Shown: in pieces, positions 1 through 10,123 of the stretch | Layout of the letters: each line of letters begins with the position of its first letter | How positions within the stretch are numbered: position 1 is the first letter of the stretch | Source of the DNA: Dehalococcoidia bacterium | GTDB taxonomy: Bacteria > Chloroflexota > Dehalococcoidia > Lucifugimonadales > SHYT01 | Direction of reading: 5' to 3' | DNA: 64,000 nucleotides | Assembly (NCBI GenBank): GCA_009693045.1 | Contig: SHXZ01000003.1 | Span: forward strand, 53,092-117,091 | Notes under the pieces: model-generated | Told to the model about the DNA's origin: nothing | Database searches by the model: none | What the model saw: the letters and a program-made list of their open reading frames with translations, nothing else | Translations under genes and position numbers: made by a program

Positions 1-2150
1 GCTACGTCAACAACTTCCAGGACTCCTACCGGCCCAAGGCCCTATCGCTGCCGCCCGGCCGTGGGACCGAGCTCGCCAGAAGCATGGAACAGCTCGTGCG
101 CCGTGCCCGCGAAGAGCTCACCAAAGCTTTTGAGAGCGATGACTACACCGCTCGCAGAGAGGAGATCTCCAAGGCCGTGCAGGCAACCCAGAGCGAGCAG
201 CTGGAGGAGCTTAACCAGAAGGCGCAACCCCTGGGCTTCACGGTGCGCGTCACCCAGGTGGGAATTACGGTTGTTCCCACGCGGCAAGGCAAACCCCTCA
301 CCGAGCATGACTTTCTCAACTTGCCCCCTCAGGAACAGAGCCAGCTGGAAGAGACGCGGCAGCAGCTTGAGCATGGCGTTCAAAACCTCCTCAAGAAGGT
401 GCGAGAGGTCCAGCGCTCCGCTGAGGCGCGCCTCGAAACCCTCAACCGCGAGGTGACGCAGCATGTAGTGAGCGGTCTCTTTGAAAGTCCGCTCGCCCAG
501 TTTAACGACTGCCCCGATGTCATCACGTACCTCGGCGATGCGCAGGAGGACATGATCAATCGCGTGCGCCAATTTCTCCAGAACCCGGAAAGCACCACCC
601 CTACGGCTGCCGCCCTGCTTCAGGAGACGGCCCTGCGCAGGTACGCCGTCAACGTTCTGGTTGACAACAGCCAGACCAAAGGCGCGCCGGAGGTCATAGA
701 GAATAACCCAAGTTTCACCAACCTAGTCGGGCGGCTGGAGCGTGAGGCCCTCTTCGGCGTGCTCCAGACAGACTTCACCCTCATCAAGGCAGGCGCGCTT
801 CACCGCGCGAACGGCGGCTACCTGGTCCTCAACAGTGCTGACCTTCTGCGCAACACCGGAAGTTACGAAGTGCTCAAACGCACCCTCCGCGATCGCTGTT
901 TGGTGATTGAAGACCTCAACGACCGCCTTGGCTTTACCTCCACCAAGAGCTTGCAGCCGGGCCCAATCCCCCTCAACGTTAAGGTCGTCTTACTGGGCAG
1001 TCCCATGCTCTATCACTCCCTCTACGCGGTAGACGAAGAGTTCCGCGAGGTGTTCAAAGTCCGCGCCGACTTTGACAACCGCATGGACCGCGACGTTAAG
1101 AACACCCAGGCCTACGCCGAGTTCGCTTGCGCCCAATGCCAGCGGGAGGGCCTCCGTCCCCTTGAGGCAGCCGCCGTGGCCAAGCTCGTGGAGCTCGGCT
1201 CGCGCCTGGCCGAGGACCAGGAAAAGCTCAGCACGCGCTTCAGCGAGATCGCCGACGTGCTCCGCGAGGCGAGCCACTGGGCAGTCCAGACCGACTCGCT
1301 CACGGTGACTCCAGCCCATGTCCGCCGCGCCATTGAGTCGAGGACGTACCGCTCCAATCTCATTGAGGAGCACCTCAGAGAGCTGATCGTCCGCCGCACC
1401 ATCCGCGTGGAAACCCAGGGCGCCCAGGCAGGCCAGGTCAACGGTCTTGCCGTCCTCATGCTCGGCGACTACGCCTTCGGCAAGCCCTCGCGCATCTCCG
1501 CCACCGTCGGGCTTGGCCAAGACGGCGTCGTTGACATTGAGCGCGAAGCAAAGCTTGGCGGCGCCACGCACACCAAAGGCGTCCTCATCCTGGAAGGATT
1601 CCTCGCCAACCGGTTCGCCACCGACAAGCCACTGAACCTCTCCGCCCGCATCGTCTTTGAGCAAAGCTACGACGGCGTCGACGGTGACAGCGCCTCCAGC
1701 ACCGAGCTCTACGCCATCCTCTCCGCGCTTTCCGGCGTCCCCATCAAGCAAGGCATCGCGGTCACGGGGTCCGTGGACCAGCTCGGCAACGTCCAGGCCA
1801 TAGGCGGCATCAATCACAAGGTTGAGGGCTTCTTTGACGTGTGCCGGATCATCGGGCTCACCGGGGAGCAAGGAGTCCTCATCCCTCGCACCAACGTCGC
1901 CAACTTGATGCTCCGCGAGGACGTTGTTGAAGCGGTGGCCGGTGGGCAATTCCACATCTGGGCCGTGGACACCATTGACGAAGGCATTGAAGTGCTTACC
2001 GGCGTTGCGGCCGGCGAGCGAGGAAAAAACGGGCGGTTCCCTCCAAAGACAATCAACTCCTTAGTCGACGCGCGCCTCCGCGATCTCGCGCGCCAGCGAA
2101 AAGAGTGGGGTGGCCCCAACGGCCGTAAGGCGGCAAAAACCAGCCCGTAG
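1..2150 (+). CDS. Lon-related ATP-dependent protease (LonB/COG1067-like), 5'-truncated by window edge
   Basis: Track ORF 84..2150. The same frame stays open back to base 3 (YVNNFQDSYRPKALSLPPGRG... precedes the first Met), so the N-terminus lies outside the window. The C-terminal Lon S16 protease region is present (..YDGVDGDSASSTELYAILSALSG.. and ..GGINHKVEGFF..). Confidence 0.8.
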   Translation, partial: YVNNFQDSYRPKALSLPPGRGTELARSMEQLVRRAREELTKAFESDDYTARREEISKAVQATQSEQLEELNQKAQPLGFTVRVTQVGITVVPTRQGKPLTEHDFLNLPPQEQSQLEETRQQLEHGVQNLLKKVREVQRSAEARLETLNREVTQHVVSGLFESPLAQFNDCPDVITYLGDAQEDMINRVRQFLQNPESTTPTAAALLQETALRRYAVNVLVDNSQTKGAPEVIENNPSFTNLVGRLEREALFGVLQTDFTLIKAGALHRANGGYLVLNSADLLRNTGSYEVLKRTLRDRCLVIEDLNDRLGFTSTKSLQPGPIPLNVKVVLLGSPMLYHSLYAVDEEFREVFKVRADFDNRMDRDVKNTQAYAEFACAQCQREGLRPLEAAAVAKLVELGSRLAEDQEKLSTRFSEIADVLREASHWAVQTDSLTVTPAHVRRAIESRTYRSNLIEEHLRELIVRRTIRVETQGAQAGQVNGLAVLMLGDYAFGKPSRISATVGLGQDGVVDIEREAKLGGATHTKGVLILEGFLANRFATDKPLNLSARIVFEQSYDGVDGDSASSTELYAILSALSGVPIKQGIAVTGSVDQLGNVQAIGGINHKVEGFFDVCRIIGLTGEQGVLIPRTNVANLMLREDVVEAVAGGQFHIWAVDTIDEGIEVLTGVAAGERGKNGRFPPKTINSLVDARLRDLARQRKEWGGPNGRKAAKTSP

Positions 2151-2224
2151 CTCAACAAACAACCGCGCTTCACGTTAACCCAGCAGAACGTACACCGTTG
2201 CCCTATAGCCCTAGCTCATCGACG

Positions 2225-2375
2225 CCATTCTGAGGCAGCGAAGCGACCGAGGCCTGCCCTCGACCCTGAGCGCACCGAAGGGGACGGGAATCTCCCCACG
2301 TCACGTCGCCAGCCCACAGAGCTGCGGAGCGTCTTCACGGAGTTTACCCTTGAGCGGAGCGAAGGGCTCGGAATG
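2225..2375. repeat. family A composite repeat with an internal insertion
   Basis: CCATTCTGAGGCAGCGAAGCGACCGAGG-cctgccctcgaccctgagcgcaccgaaggggacggg-AATCTCcccacg...cttcacGGAGTTTACCCTTGAGCGGAGCGAAGGGCTCGGAATG. It is nearly identical in layout to 47157..47342. Confidence 0.8.
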
Positions 2376-2380
2376 AAAGG

Positions 2381-2468
2381 AGGCAGGGAGGGCAATACCC
2401 TCCCTGCCTCCTTCGTTGACTCGCCCTCTCCCTTGATGGGAGATGGCGAGGGTGAGGGGCGAGGGTGA
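2381..2468. repeat. hairpin AGGCAGGGAGGG-caatac-CCTCCCTGCCT plus a family C unit
   Basis: The hairpin lies at 2381..2409. The family C unit ccctctcccttgatgggagatggcgagggtgaggggcgagggtga lies at 2424..2468. Confidence 0.7.
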
Positions 2469-2556
2469 AACCTCGCGCCGCCCACCACGACCAATCAAGG
2501 AATCACGAGGCAAAGCCCCAACGGCGTAACCGCATGACGACGAAAAGACCCGTGCC

Positions 2557-3348
2557 CTAGATCACCGGGCTTGTCCCGCCGTCAATGTTGACCGCGATGC
2601 CGGTCAGATAGCTCGCGCGCTCCGAGGCCAGAAACGCGATGACGTCGCCCGCTTCCCGAGCCTCGCCCACGCGGCCCAGGGGCACCGTCGCGCCGATCTG
2701 GCGATAGAAGGCCTCCAGCGTCAAGCCTGGATTCTCACGTTTGAGCTGCTCGTACCGGTGTTCGTGCTGGCCCGCCTTGACCAGGCCGATACACACCGTG
2801 TTGACCAGAATGCCATGCTCAGCGTATTCCTTGGACAACACCTTCGTCAGAGCGATTCCCGCCGCGCGGGATACCGTTGTCGGCGCCGAACGGGCGCCCG
2901 GCGCCCTCCCGCCGATCGCGGTCACGTTAATAATCCGTCCCCAACCGCGCTCCTTCATGTGAGGCAGCACCTCCCGGCAGCATCGTATCGCCCCATACAG
3001 CTTCAGGTCCAAATCCGCCGCCCAAGCCTCGTCGCCGGCGCTCTCAAACGGCATCGCCGCGGACGTTCCAGCGTTGTTCACCAGGATGTCCACCCGCCCC
3101 CAGCGAGACACGACGGCCTGGACCAGCCGCCGCACCTGCTCCGGCTTCATCACGTCCGTGGGCACGGGCATGACCTCCCCCTCCGTCTCCTTGCGGATAT
3201 CCTCAGCAGTCCGCTCCAGCACGTCGGGCCGGCGCGCCGCAATCGCAACCCTCGCACCCTCTGCGGCCAATCGCACCGCAGCCGCTTTCCCAATCCCTTC
3301 ACTGCCGCCTGTGACAATCGCAACCCTGCCCCTAAGACCAAGGTCCAT
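2557..3348 (-). CDS. SDR-family oxidoreductase (FabG-like)
   Basis: Track ORF of 263 aa. It has an N-terminal Rossmann motif (VAIVTGGSEGIGKAAA) and an NNAG motif (LVNNAGTS). Confidence 0.85.
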   Translation of the reverse strand: MDLGLRGRVAIVTGGSEGIGKAAAVRLAAEGARVAIAARRPDVLERTAEDIRKETEGEVMPVPTDVMKPEQVRRLVQAVVSRWGRVDILVNNAGTSAAMPFESAGDEAWAADLDLKLYGAIRCCREVLPHMKERGWGRIINVTAIGGRAPGARSAPTTVSRAAGIALTKVLSKEYAEHGILVNTVCIGLVKAGQHEHRYEQLKRENPGLTLEAFYRQIGATVPLGRVGEAREAGDVIAFLASERASYLTGIAVNIDGGTSPVI

Positions 3349-3506
3349 GACGCCCTCCAGTGCATAACTATGGAGCCACTAAAGTCGCTCAGCCCGCCGC
3401 TTCTACCATGCTGTGCCATTGTGGCGTGATTCCGCTTACGCAGGCAAGGCGCCTTTGGCTTCATTTCCGGACCGCCGCAAGAACCGGCACAGCACATCAC
3501 CTGATG

Positions 3507-3535
3507 TTGACGCCTCGCCATACGAATGATATGGT
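3507..3535 (+). promoter_or_regulatory. candidate sigma70-type promoter for the Fur-family/metal-ABC operon
   Basis: TTGACG (3507..3512), a 17-nt spacer, then TATGGT (3530..3535), about 55 nt upstream of the ATG at 3590. The small inverted repeats GATAtggTATC and GTGAGAcatcaTCTCAC overlap or follow the -10 and are possible operators. Confidence 0.4.
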
Positions 3536-3589
3536 ATCTCAAGTAGTGAGACATCATCTCACCTTGCACCACCGCAGGCCGGAGTTCCC

Positions 3590-4090
3590 ATGACATCCAC
3601 ATCGCCCACCTTGCGAGAGCAGAGCGAGCGGCTGCTGCATCGCCTCGCGGAATCGGGCGCGCGGCTCACCCCCACGCGGGCCGCAGTCCTCCGCGCCCTC
3701 ACGTCCCGGTCGGACGGGTTCACCGTCGAGGAGCTTTGCGGAGACGTGCGGCCCGTCGGGCGCGCCACCGTCTTCCGGACGGTTCGCCTGCTGCTCCAGA
3801 AAGGCCTCGTCTGCAAGCTGGCGATGGGCGATGCCACGCCGCGCTACGCGCTCTCACGCTCCGGCCACCACCACCACGCGGTGTGCGTCCGCTGCGGCGC
3901 CGTTGACGACTTCCGCGGCTGCGACCTGGACGACCTGGTCCAGCGTGTGGCCGCCGCCGCCGAGAGCGAGGTGCTGGGCCACCGGCTTGAGGTGTACGTC
4001 GTCTGCGCCCAGTGCCGGCGCAACGATGCGAGCGGCAGCGCGCCTTCCACTCACCACGCCAAGCATCAAAAGTTCCGCGCCATTGAGTAG
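3590..4090 (+). CDS. zur: Fur-family transcriptional regulator, probably zinc-responsive (Zur-like)
   Basis: Track ORF of 166 aa with a Fur-family layout: an HHHH run followed by CVRCG and CAQC Cys pairs. It lies directly upstream of metal ABC importer genes. Confidence 0.7.
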   Translation: MTSTSPTLREQSERLLHRLAESGARLTPTRAAVLRALTSRSDGFTVEELCGDVRPVGRATVFRTVRLLLQKGLVCKLAMGDATPRYALSRSGHHHHAVCVRCGAVDDFRGCDLDDLVQRVAAAAESEVLGHRLEVYVVCAQCRRNDASGSAPSTHHAKHQKFRAIE

Positions 4091-4118
4091 GTCCGCAAAA
4101 CCCCTGAACTGACAAAGC

Positions 4119-5102
4119 GTGAAGGTGTGCAACGGAATGATACCGAGTCTCAGTAACCAGATGAGACGAGTCCCGGCGCTGGCCGCGCTTTCGGCGCTTT
4201 CCCCCCTGCTCCTGGGATTCGCACTCGGCGCGTGCTCCAGCAATGCCCCTGCCGCCGGCACAGCGAAGGTCTCGGTCGTGACGACGATCTATCCGCTGGA
4301 GTTCCTCGCCCGACGCATCGGCGGCGACCGAGTAGACGTGGTAAACATGGTGCCGCCTGGCGTGGAGCCCCACGACTGGGAGCCGTCGCCGAAGGACATC
4401 GCGGCGATCCAACGCGCCCACGTGTTCATCGAGAACGGCGCCGGGTTTGAGCCGTGGGCGGCGCGGGTGGTGCGTGACCTGCCAAAGAGCGGCCCTCTGG
4501 TCCTCCAGGCCACGGACGGCCTGCCGCTCATGCCCCCTGCCTCCAGCGATGGTGAGGAGGGAGTGGCTTCGGGAGGGCTTGACCCCCACGTGTGGCTCTC
4601 CCTGGCTCTGTTTGCCTTCCAGGCGGAGCAGGTGAAGAACGCCCTGACAAAAGCGGACCCCGCGGGCGCCCAGACCTATGCCGCCAACCTGGACAGCCTC
4701 AAAGCCCAGCTCGCGGCCCTGTCGGACGAAATGAAACGCGGCCTCTCCTCCTGCGCGCAGAACACCATCGTGACCTCGCACGCCGCCTTCGGGTACCTGG
4801 CGAAGGACCTGGGCCTGCGGCAAGTCTTTATCTCCGGCCTGTCGCCGGAGGCCGAACCAAGCCCGGCCCGCCTCCGCGAGCTCATCGCCGAGGTCAAGCA
4901 GCTTGGCGTCAATTACATCTTCTTTGAGACGCTGGTCAGCCCGGCGGTGGCCAAAACCTTGGCGCGAGAAGTGGGCGCGAAGACCCTGACTCTAAATCCT
5001 TTGGAAGGTCTCACCAGCGAGGAAGTCCAGGCAGGTCAGGACTACCTGACGGTCATGCGGAGCAACCTGCAGAACCTCCGGTTGGCGCTCGAATGTCGGT
5101 AG
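4119..5102 (+). CDS. metal (Zn/Mn-type) ABC transporter substrate-binding lipoprotein (ZnuA/TroA family)
   Basis: Track ORF of 327 aa with a lipoprotein-like signal (..LLLGFALGAC) and cluster-A-I SBP-like sequence. The true start may be the internal Met at 4161 (MRRVPALAAL..). Confidence 0.8.
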   Translation: MKVCNGMIPSLSNQMRRVPALAALSALSPLLLGFALGACSSNAPAAGTAKVSVVTTIYPLEFLARRIGGDRVDVVNMVPPGVEPHDWEPSPKDIAAIQRAHVFIENGAGFEPWAARVVRDLPKSGPLVLQATDGLPLMPPASSDGEEGVASGGLDPHVWLSLALFAFQAEQVKNALTKADPAGAQTYAANLDSLKAQLAALSDEMKRGLSSCAQNTIVTSHAAFGYLAKDLGLRQVFISGLSPEAEPSPARLRELIAEVKQLGVNYIFFETLVSPAVAKTLAREVGAKTLTLNPLEGLTSEEVQAGQDYLTVMRSNLQNLRLALECR

Positions 5103-5860
5103 CAAGAGAGAGCGCGCCTCCCGCACTGACCTTCGACGACGTCAGCTACGCCTACGGCCTGACGCCCGCTGTGGACCACGTCTCGTTCTCGGTGGAGCGC
5201 GGCGAGTTCGTCGCGCTCATCGGCCCCAACGGCAGCGGCAAGACCACCCTCATCAAGCTGGCGCTGGGCCTGGAGCGGCCGCAGTCGGGCCGGGTGCTGC
5301 TGTTGGGCCAGGCCGTGGAGCGGTTCACCCAGTGGCGTCGCGTCGGCTACGTCCCCCAGTTTGTCAACGCCTTCAGCGTGCGCTTCCCGGCCACCGTGAG
5401 CGAGGTCGTGTCCCACGGGCTGTACCGTGGATTAGACCCGCTGGCGCTGTTCCGCCGGTCCCTCAGCCCTGGTGTGGAGCGCGGATTGGAGCAAGCCGGC
5501 ATCTCCGAGCTGCGCAACCGCCTGGTGAGCGAGCTGTCCGGCGGCCAGCAACGGCGCGTCCTCATCGCCAGGGCCCTGGTCAGCGGCGCGGAGCTGCTCG
5601 TCCTGGACGAGCCGACGACTGGACTGGACCAGCCCGGTCAGGAGCAGCTTTACGCCCTGCTCAGGCGACTGCGCGGCGAACGGGGCATCACCATCCTGCT
5701 CGTCACCCACGATCTGGGCGTGGTGCTGCACGAGGCGTCGCGTGTGGCGTGCGTGAACCAACGGCTCTTCGCCTATGTGCCCACCCAGGAGCTGACGCCC
5801 AGCGACCTGAGCAAGACTTACGGCACGACCGTTGACCTCGTCGTTCACCAGCACGAGTAG
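5093..5860 (+). CDS. metal ABC transporter ATP-binding protein (ZnuC-like)
   Basis: Walker [10 protein letters not shown], signature LSGGQQRR and Walker B LLVLDEP. It overlaps the SBP gene by 10 nt. Confidence 0.85.
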   Translation: MSVARESAPPALTFDDVSYAYGLTPAVDHVSFSVERGEFVALIGPNGSGKTTLIKLALGLERPQSGRVLLLGQAVERFTQWRRVGYVPQFVNAFSVRFPATVSEVVSHGLYRGLDPLALFRRSLSPGVERGLEQAGISELRNRLVSELSGGQQRRVLIARALVSGAELLVLDEPTTGLDQPGQEQLYALLRRLRGERGITILLVTHDLGVVLHEASRVACVNQRLFAYVPTQELTPSDLSKTYGTTVDLVVHQHE

Positions 5861-5937
5861 CGTATGCCAGCTTTGCTCAAAAGGTCCCCATGGCTTGACC
5901 GCCACGTTGCGGGGCTTTGACCAATGAGGGTGGTCAC

Positions 5938-6060
5938 TGCCTGCCCTGAGCGCAGCCGAAGGGTCCCTGAGAGAGTCCCGACGCGTCGGGACTCTCTCAG
6001 GATTGTCTCCCCCTTCTCCAGCAGAGCCTGTTCTGAGCGGAGCCGAAGGAGGGATGGGGC
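5938..6060. repeat. intergenic repeat cluster inside the metal-ABC operon, including a 36-nt perfect palindrome
   Basis: The perfect palindrome CCTGAGAGAGTCCCGACG|CGTCGGGACTCTCTCAGG lies at 5966..6001. It is flanked by ..ctgagcgcagccgaaggg.. and ..ttctgagcggagccgaaggaggg.. units related to the CATTCTGAGGGAGCGAAGCGA family. Confidence 0.8.
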
Positions 6061-6142
6061 ATTGGCCGAAAAGCGAAACAGGCAAGGCGATACGCCTTTA
6101 CACCCTCACTGCCTGACTCTGCGTTTTGGAGCAAAGTAGCGC

Positions 6143-7030
6143 ATGCCTGACATTTTTGAGTTCGGGTTCATGGTGCGGGCGCTCATCGTCGGCGGCCTCG
6201 TGGGCGTCGTGTGCCCAATCCTGGGGACGTTCCTCGTGCTCCGGCGGCTCTCGCTGATCGCCGACACCCTGGCCCACGTCGCCCTGGCAGGCGCCGCCAT
6301 CGGCTTGATGTTGCATCAGTCGCCGCTGCTGGTGGCCCTGCCCGTCTCCGCGGCGGCCTCGCTGCTCCTGGAGTGGCTGCGGAGCTCCCAGCGGCTGTCG
6401 GGCGACGCGTCGCTCGCCCTGGTGCTGTACTCCGCGTTGGCGGTGGCGGTCATCGTCCTCAGCCTCAGCGTGGGGCTTGGCGCGGGCGTGCTCGGCTACC
6501 TGTTCGGCAACATCGTGACGGCCACTAGGGTAGACGTCTGGGCCATCGCCGTGCTCAGCCTTGGCGCACTGCTCCTCGTGGGGCTGCTCTACACCGAGCT
6601 CGTCCAGTCCACCTTTGACCCCGTGCTCGCCAGGGTGAGCGGCGTGCCGGTCGGACGAGTCAACCTAGTGCTGGCCCTGCTCACCAGCGTCACAGTCACG
6701 CTCTCCATGCGCGTGGTTGGGGCGCTCCTCGTCGGGGCGCTCATCGTCTTCCCCACCCTTGCTGCGCTCCAGGCTGGCCGTGGATTCCGGCTCACCCTGC
6801 TGATCGGGGCTTTCCTCGGCGCCCTGAGCGTGCTCGTCGGGCTGACGGTGTCGTTTTACCAAGACATCGCGCCCGGCGGGGCCATCGTCCTGACCGCGAT
6901 AGCCATCCTCGCCGCAGCCACGCTTGGCAGGCGCGCGGTGGTATACGTGGGCGCCAGGACCGCCACCGCCTCGCGCTCCAAGCCATCAACACCAAGCGCG
7001 GGTGGCGGCGCGTTAAGCCGCGGCGGTTGA
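6143..7030 (+). CDS. metal ABC transporter permease (ZnuB-like)
   Basis: Track ORF of 295 aa, highly hydrophobic and multi-TM, in the operon with the SBP and ATPase genes. Confidence 0.85.
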   Translation: MPDIFEFGFMVRALIVGGLVGVVCPILGTFLVLRRLSLIADTLAHVALAGAAIGLMLHQSPLLVALPVSAAASLLLEWLRSSQRLSGDASLALVLYSALAVAVIVLSLSVGLGAGVLGYLFGNIVTATRVDVWAIAVLSLGALLLVGLLYTELVQSTFDPVLARVSGVPVGRVNLVLALLTSVTVTLSMRVVGALLVGALIVFPTLAALQAGRGFRLTLLIGAFLGALSVLVGLTVSFYQDIAPGGAIVLTAIAILAAATLGRRAVVYVGARTATASRSKPSTPSAGGGALSRGG

Positions 7031-7084
7031 CGCCGCCCTCCCAAACTACGCACCATAGGAGCAACGCATCAGGAGCGCGCAAAC

Positions 7085-7516
7085 ATGACCCACCACGAAA
7101 GCGTCCTGGCGGAGTTGAAGGCTGCCGGTGTCCGGCTGACGCCCCAGCGCCTGCTCGTCCTTCAGACCATCGCCGAGGCGCCGGGACACGCGAGCGTTGA
7201 GGACATCCATCGTAGGGCCAAGCAGGCCTACCCGTACCTGGACGTCGCCACGGTCTACCGCACCGTCCAGCTCCTCAAGCGCCTCAACGTCGTTACCGAG
7301 ATCGACATCGGCCACCGCCTGCACTACGAGATGGCCGCGGAGGGCGCGCGCCACCACCACATGGTCTGCGACGAGTGCGGCGGCACCTACGACCTGGCGC
7401 CCCGGCAGCTTGAGTCGCTGCGCCAACGCCTGGAGCACGAGTTTGGATTCCGCGCCAACCTGGATCACTTCACCGTGACGGGCGTGTGCGCGGCCTGCGT
7501 GGCGCGGGCGGGATAG
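7085..7516 (+). CDS. second Fur-family transcriptional regulator
   Basis: Track ORF of 143 aa with a Fur-like N-terminal wHTH, an HHHMVCDECG motif and a C-terminal CAAC pair. Confidence 0.8.
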   Translation: MTHHESVLAELKAAGVRLTPQRLLVLQTIAEAPGHASVEDIHRRAKQAYPYLDVATVYRTVQLLKRLNVVTEIDIGHRLHYEMAAEGARHHHMVCDECGGTYDLAPRQLESLRQRLEHEFGFRANLDHFTVTGVCAACVARAG

Positions 7517-7564
7517 AGCCTCCCCACACCGCGAACGGATCAACGTGCCCGCCGTCGGCCCAAA

Positions 7565-7900
7565 CATCCCAGACACGTAGGGGCGCACGCCCGCCCCGAG
7601 CGTAGCCGAGGGGGCCGTCCGCCGCCCTCTCACTAAGAATGCCCCTACCATTCCGCCCGCCTGTCATTCCGAGCGGAGCGAGGAATCTCCCCCACGCCAC
7701 GCGCTGCCCATCGTCGCCACCGTAGGCCCGCACCTCCCAAACGCGTAAGGCCGCACAGCCGTGCGCCACTTGCCATTCCATCCGCCCCTTGTCATTCCGA
7801 GCGGAGCGAGGAATCTCCCCCACGCCGCGCGCTGCCCATCGTCGCCACCGTAGGCCCGCACCTCCCAAACGCGTAGGGGCGCACAGCCGTGCGCCCCTAC
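7565..7900. repeat. tandem composite repeat: two full units of about 125 bp plus a partial leading unit
   Basis: Unit 1 (7648..7772) and unit 2 (7773..7900) are near-identical (ccattcc..gtcattccgagcggagcgaggaatctcccccacgcc.cgcgctgcccatcgtcgccaccgtaggcccgcacctcccaaacgcgta.gg.cgcacagccgtgcgcc). A partial related unit lies at about 7565..7647. Unit 2 ends in the hairpin GTAGGGGCGCAcagccGTGCGCCCCTAC (7873..7900). Confidence 0.85.
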
Positions 7901-7946
7901 AATTCCTACCACCACGTTCGGTGAAACTCCGCACGTTCCCCACACC

Positions 7947-7984
7947 CCCTCCCTCCCCATTCAGGGGAGGGATTGAGGGAGAGG
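7947..7984. repeat. CCCTCCC..GGGAGGG hairpin repeat with GATTGAGGGAGAGG tail (family C)
   Basis: ccctccctccccattcaggggagggattgagggagagg. Related copies are listed below. Confidence 0.7.
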
Positions 7985-8343
7985 TCGCTGCAATCCGCCC
8001 CTTCCGCGGCACACTTGCTCTGGAGTACCCTGACCCCATGACCACCGCAAGCTTCCGCACCCGAGCCTGCGTCCTCCGGACGCACGCTCGCCTCGCGCCG
8101 TCTCGTCTCAGGGTCCGGACGCCCCAGACACCAGGCAAAACAATGATCATTCTTGGAGACCAACAGTCGGTGCACCAAGCCCTTCACGGCGGGACAAACT
8201 GGCCTGGAACTGGCGCAAAAACAACGTCAGCCAAAGCTGGCCAGCCAGCAGAAAACAATGCGATCAATGATCGCCTCAGTCTTGGTGCTTATCCCAGCGC
8301 TGAATAAAGATGGCCCAATCCAGAAGGCTTCCGGCGATGTCGT

Positions 8344-8381
8344 CCCCTCTCCACATGAAGTGGAGAGGGGCAGGGGTGAGG
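8344..8381. repeat. family C hairpin repeat
   Basis: cccctctccacatgaagtggagaggggcaggggtgagg. Confidence 0.7.
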
Positions 8382-8476
8382 CGACGGTCCCCTTCTCGCA
8401 GAACTGGTAGAACAGCCGTACACTGACAACGCCCGCAAAACACCCTGCTGATTACCATGGCCTTAGGAGGTCATCC

Positions 8477-9670
<1,194 letters not shown>

Positions 9671-9684
9671 GCCGGAGGGACGAC

Positions 9685-9960
9685 ATGACCAGCAACGACT
9701 ACGTGTTTCTCACCCACCGGCTCATCTGGCTCAACCCGCTGCTCGGCAACGTGGACTACCAGCCGCTGACGCAGGGGATGCAGGCGGCGCTGCCCTTCGT
9801 TGACGACTTCCTACCGGTGCACAACCTGGCGAGCCTGGAGCAGCTCGCCCGCCACCTGAACCAGCTCTCGCCGGAGGCCGCCGTCACCGCCACGCCTGAC
9901 GCACCACGCGGCCACCTTGGCGCGAACCCGACGTTCCGGCATCCGCTGTGGGAGCGGTAA
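9685..9960 (+). CDS. hypothetical protein (91 aa), likely co-transcribed with the FIST gene
   Basis: It starts 15 nt after the FIST stop and has an SD (ccGGAGGGacgacATG). I recognise no family. Confidence 0.5.
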   Translation: MTSNDYVFLTHRLIWLNPLLGNVDYQPLTQGMQAALPFVDDFLPVHNLASLEQLARHLNQLSPEAAVTATPDAPRGHLGANPTFRHPLWER

Positions 9961-10001
9961 CGAGTGATATTCGACTTTCCCAGAGTCTGTCTGATACCAA
10001 C

Positions 10002-10039
10002 AATTGGGGAACCCTCTTTACAAAGAGGGTTCCCCAATT
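10002..10039. repeat. 38-nt near-perfect palindrome
   Basis: AATTGGGGAACCCTCTTT-ac-AAAGAGGGTTCCCCAATT. Confidence 0.8.
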
Positions 10040-10081
10040 CCTTCCCAGAAATACTTGTCGGATCAAGTTCTTTGGGGAGGA

Positions 10082-10119
10082 TTTGGGCACCCCTTTCTTG
10101 AAAGAAGGGGGTGCCCAAA
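10082..10119. repeat. 38-nt palindrome (one mismatch), same architecture as 10002..10039
   Basis: TTTGGGCACCCCTTTCTT-ga-AAGAAGGGGGTGCCCAAA. Confidence 0.8.
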
Positions 10120-10123
10120 CGTG

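Noticed and set aside
990-1955. Long antisense or alternative-frame ORFs throughout the window. Examples are 990..1955(-), 3720..4823(-), 8645..9631(-), 18434..19990(-), 29200..31032(-), 35329..37098(+), 38182..39546(-), 48708..50003(+), 56664..57698(-) and 57714..59114(-).
   Set aside because: Each lies opposite to, or out of frame with, a gene whose product has clear family motifs. Their translations are Arg/Ala/Gly/Pro-rich and low in complexity, with no recognisable domains. This is the typical shadow-ORF behaviour of high-GC DNA.
7648-7900. Possible CRISPR array, because of the regularly repeated sequence.
   Set aside because: The units are about 125 bp and directly abut each other with no unique spacers. 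There are no cas genes in the window. The units are built from the same dispersed repeat modules found elsewhere.
8143-8307. 54-aa ORF MIILGDQQSVHQALHGGTNWPGTGAKTTSAKAGQPAENNAINDRLSLGAYPSAE in a lower-GC patch. I considered it as a small peptide or RiPP-precursor candidate.
   Set aside because: It has no SD and no adjacent maturation or transport genes. The region is full of repeat debris, so the evidence is insufficient.
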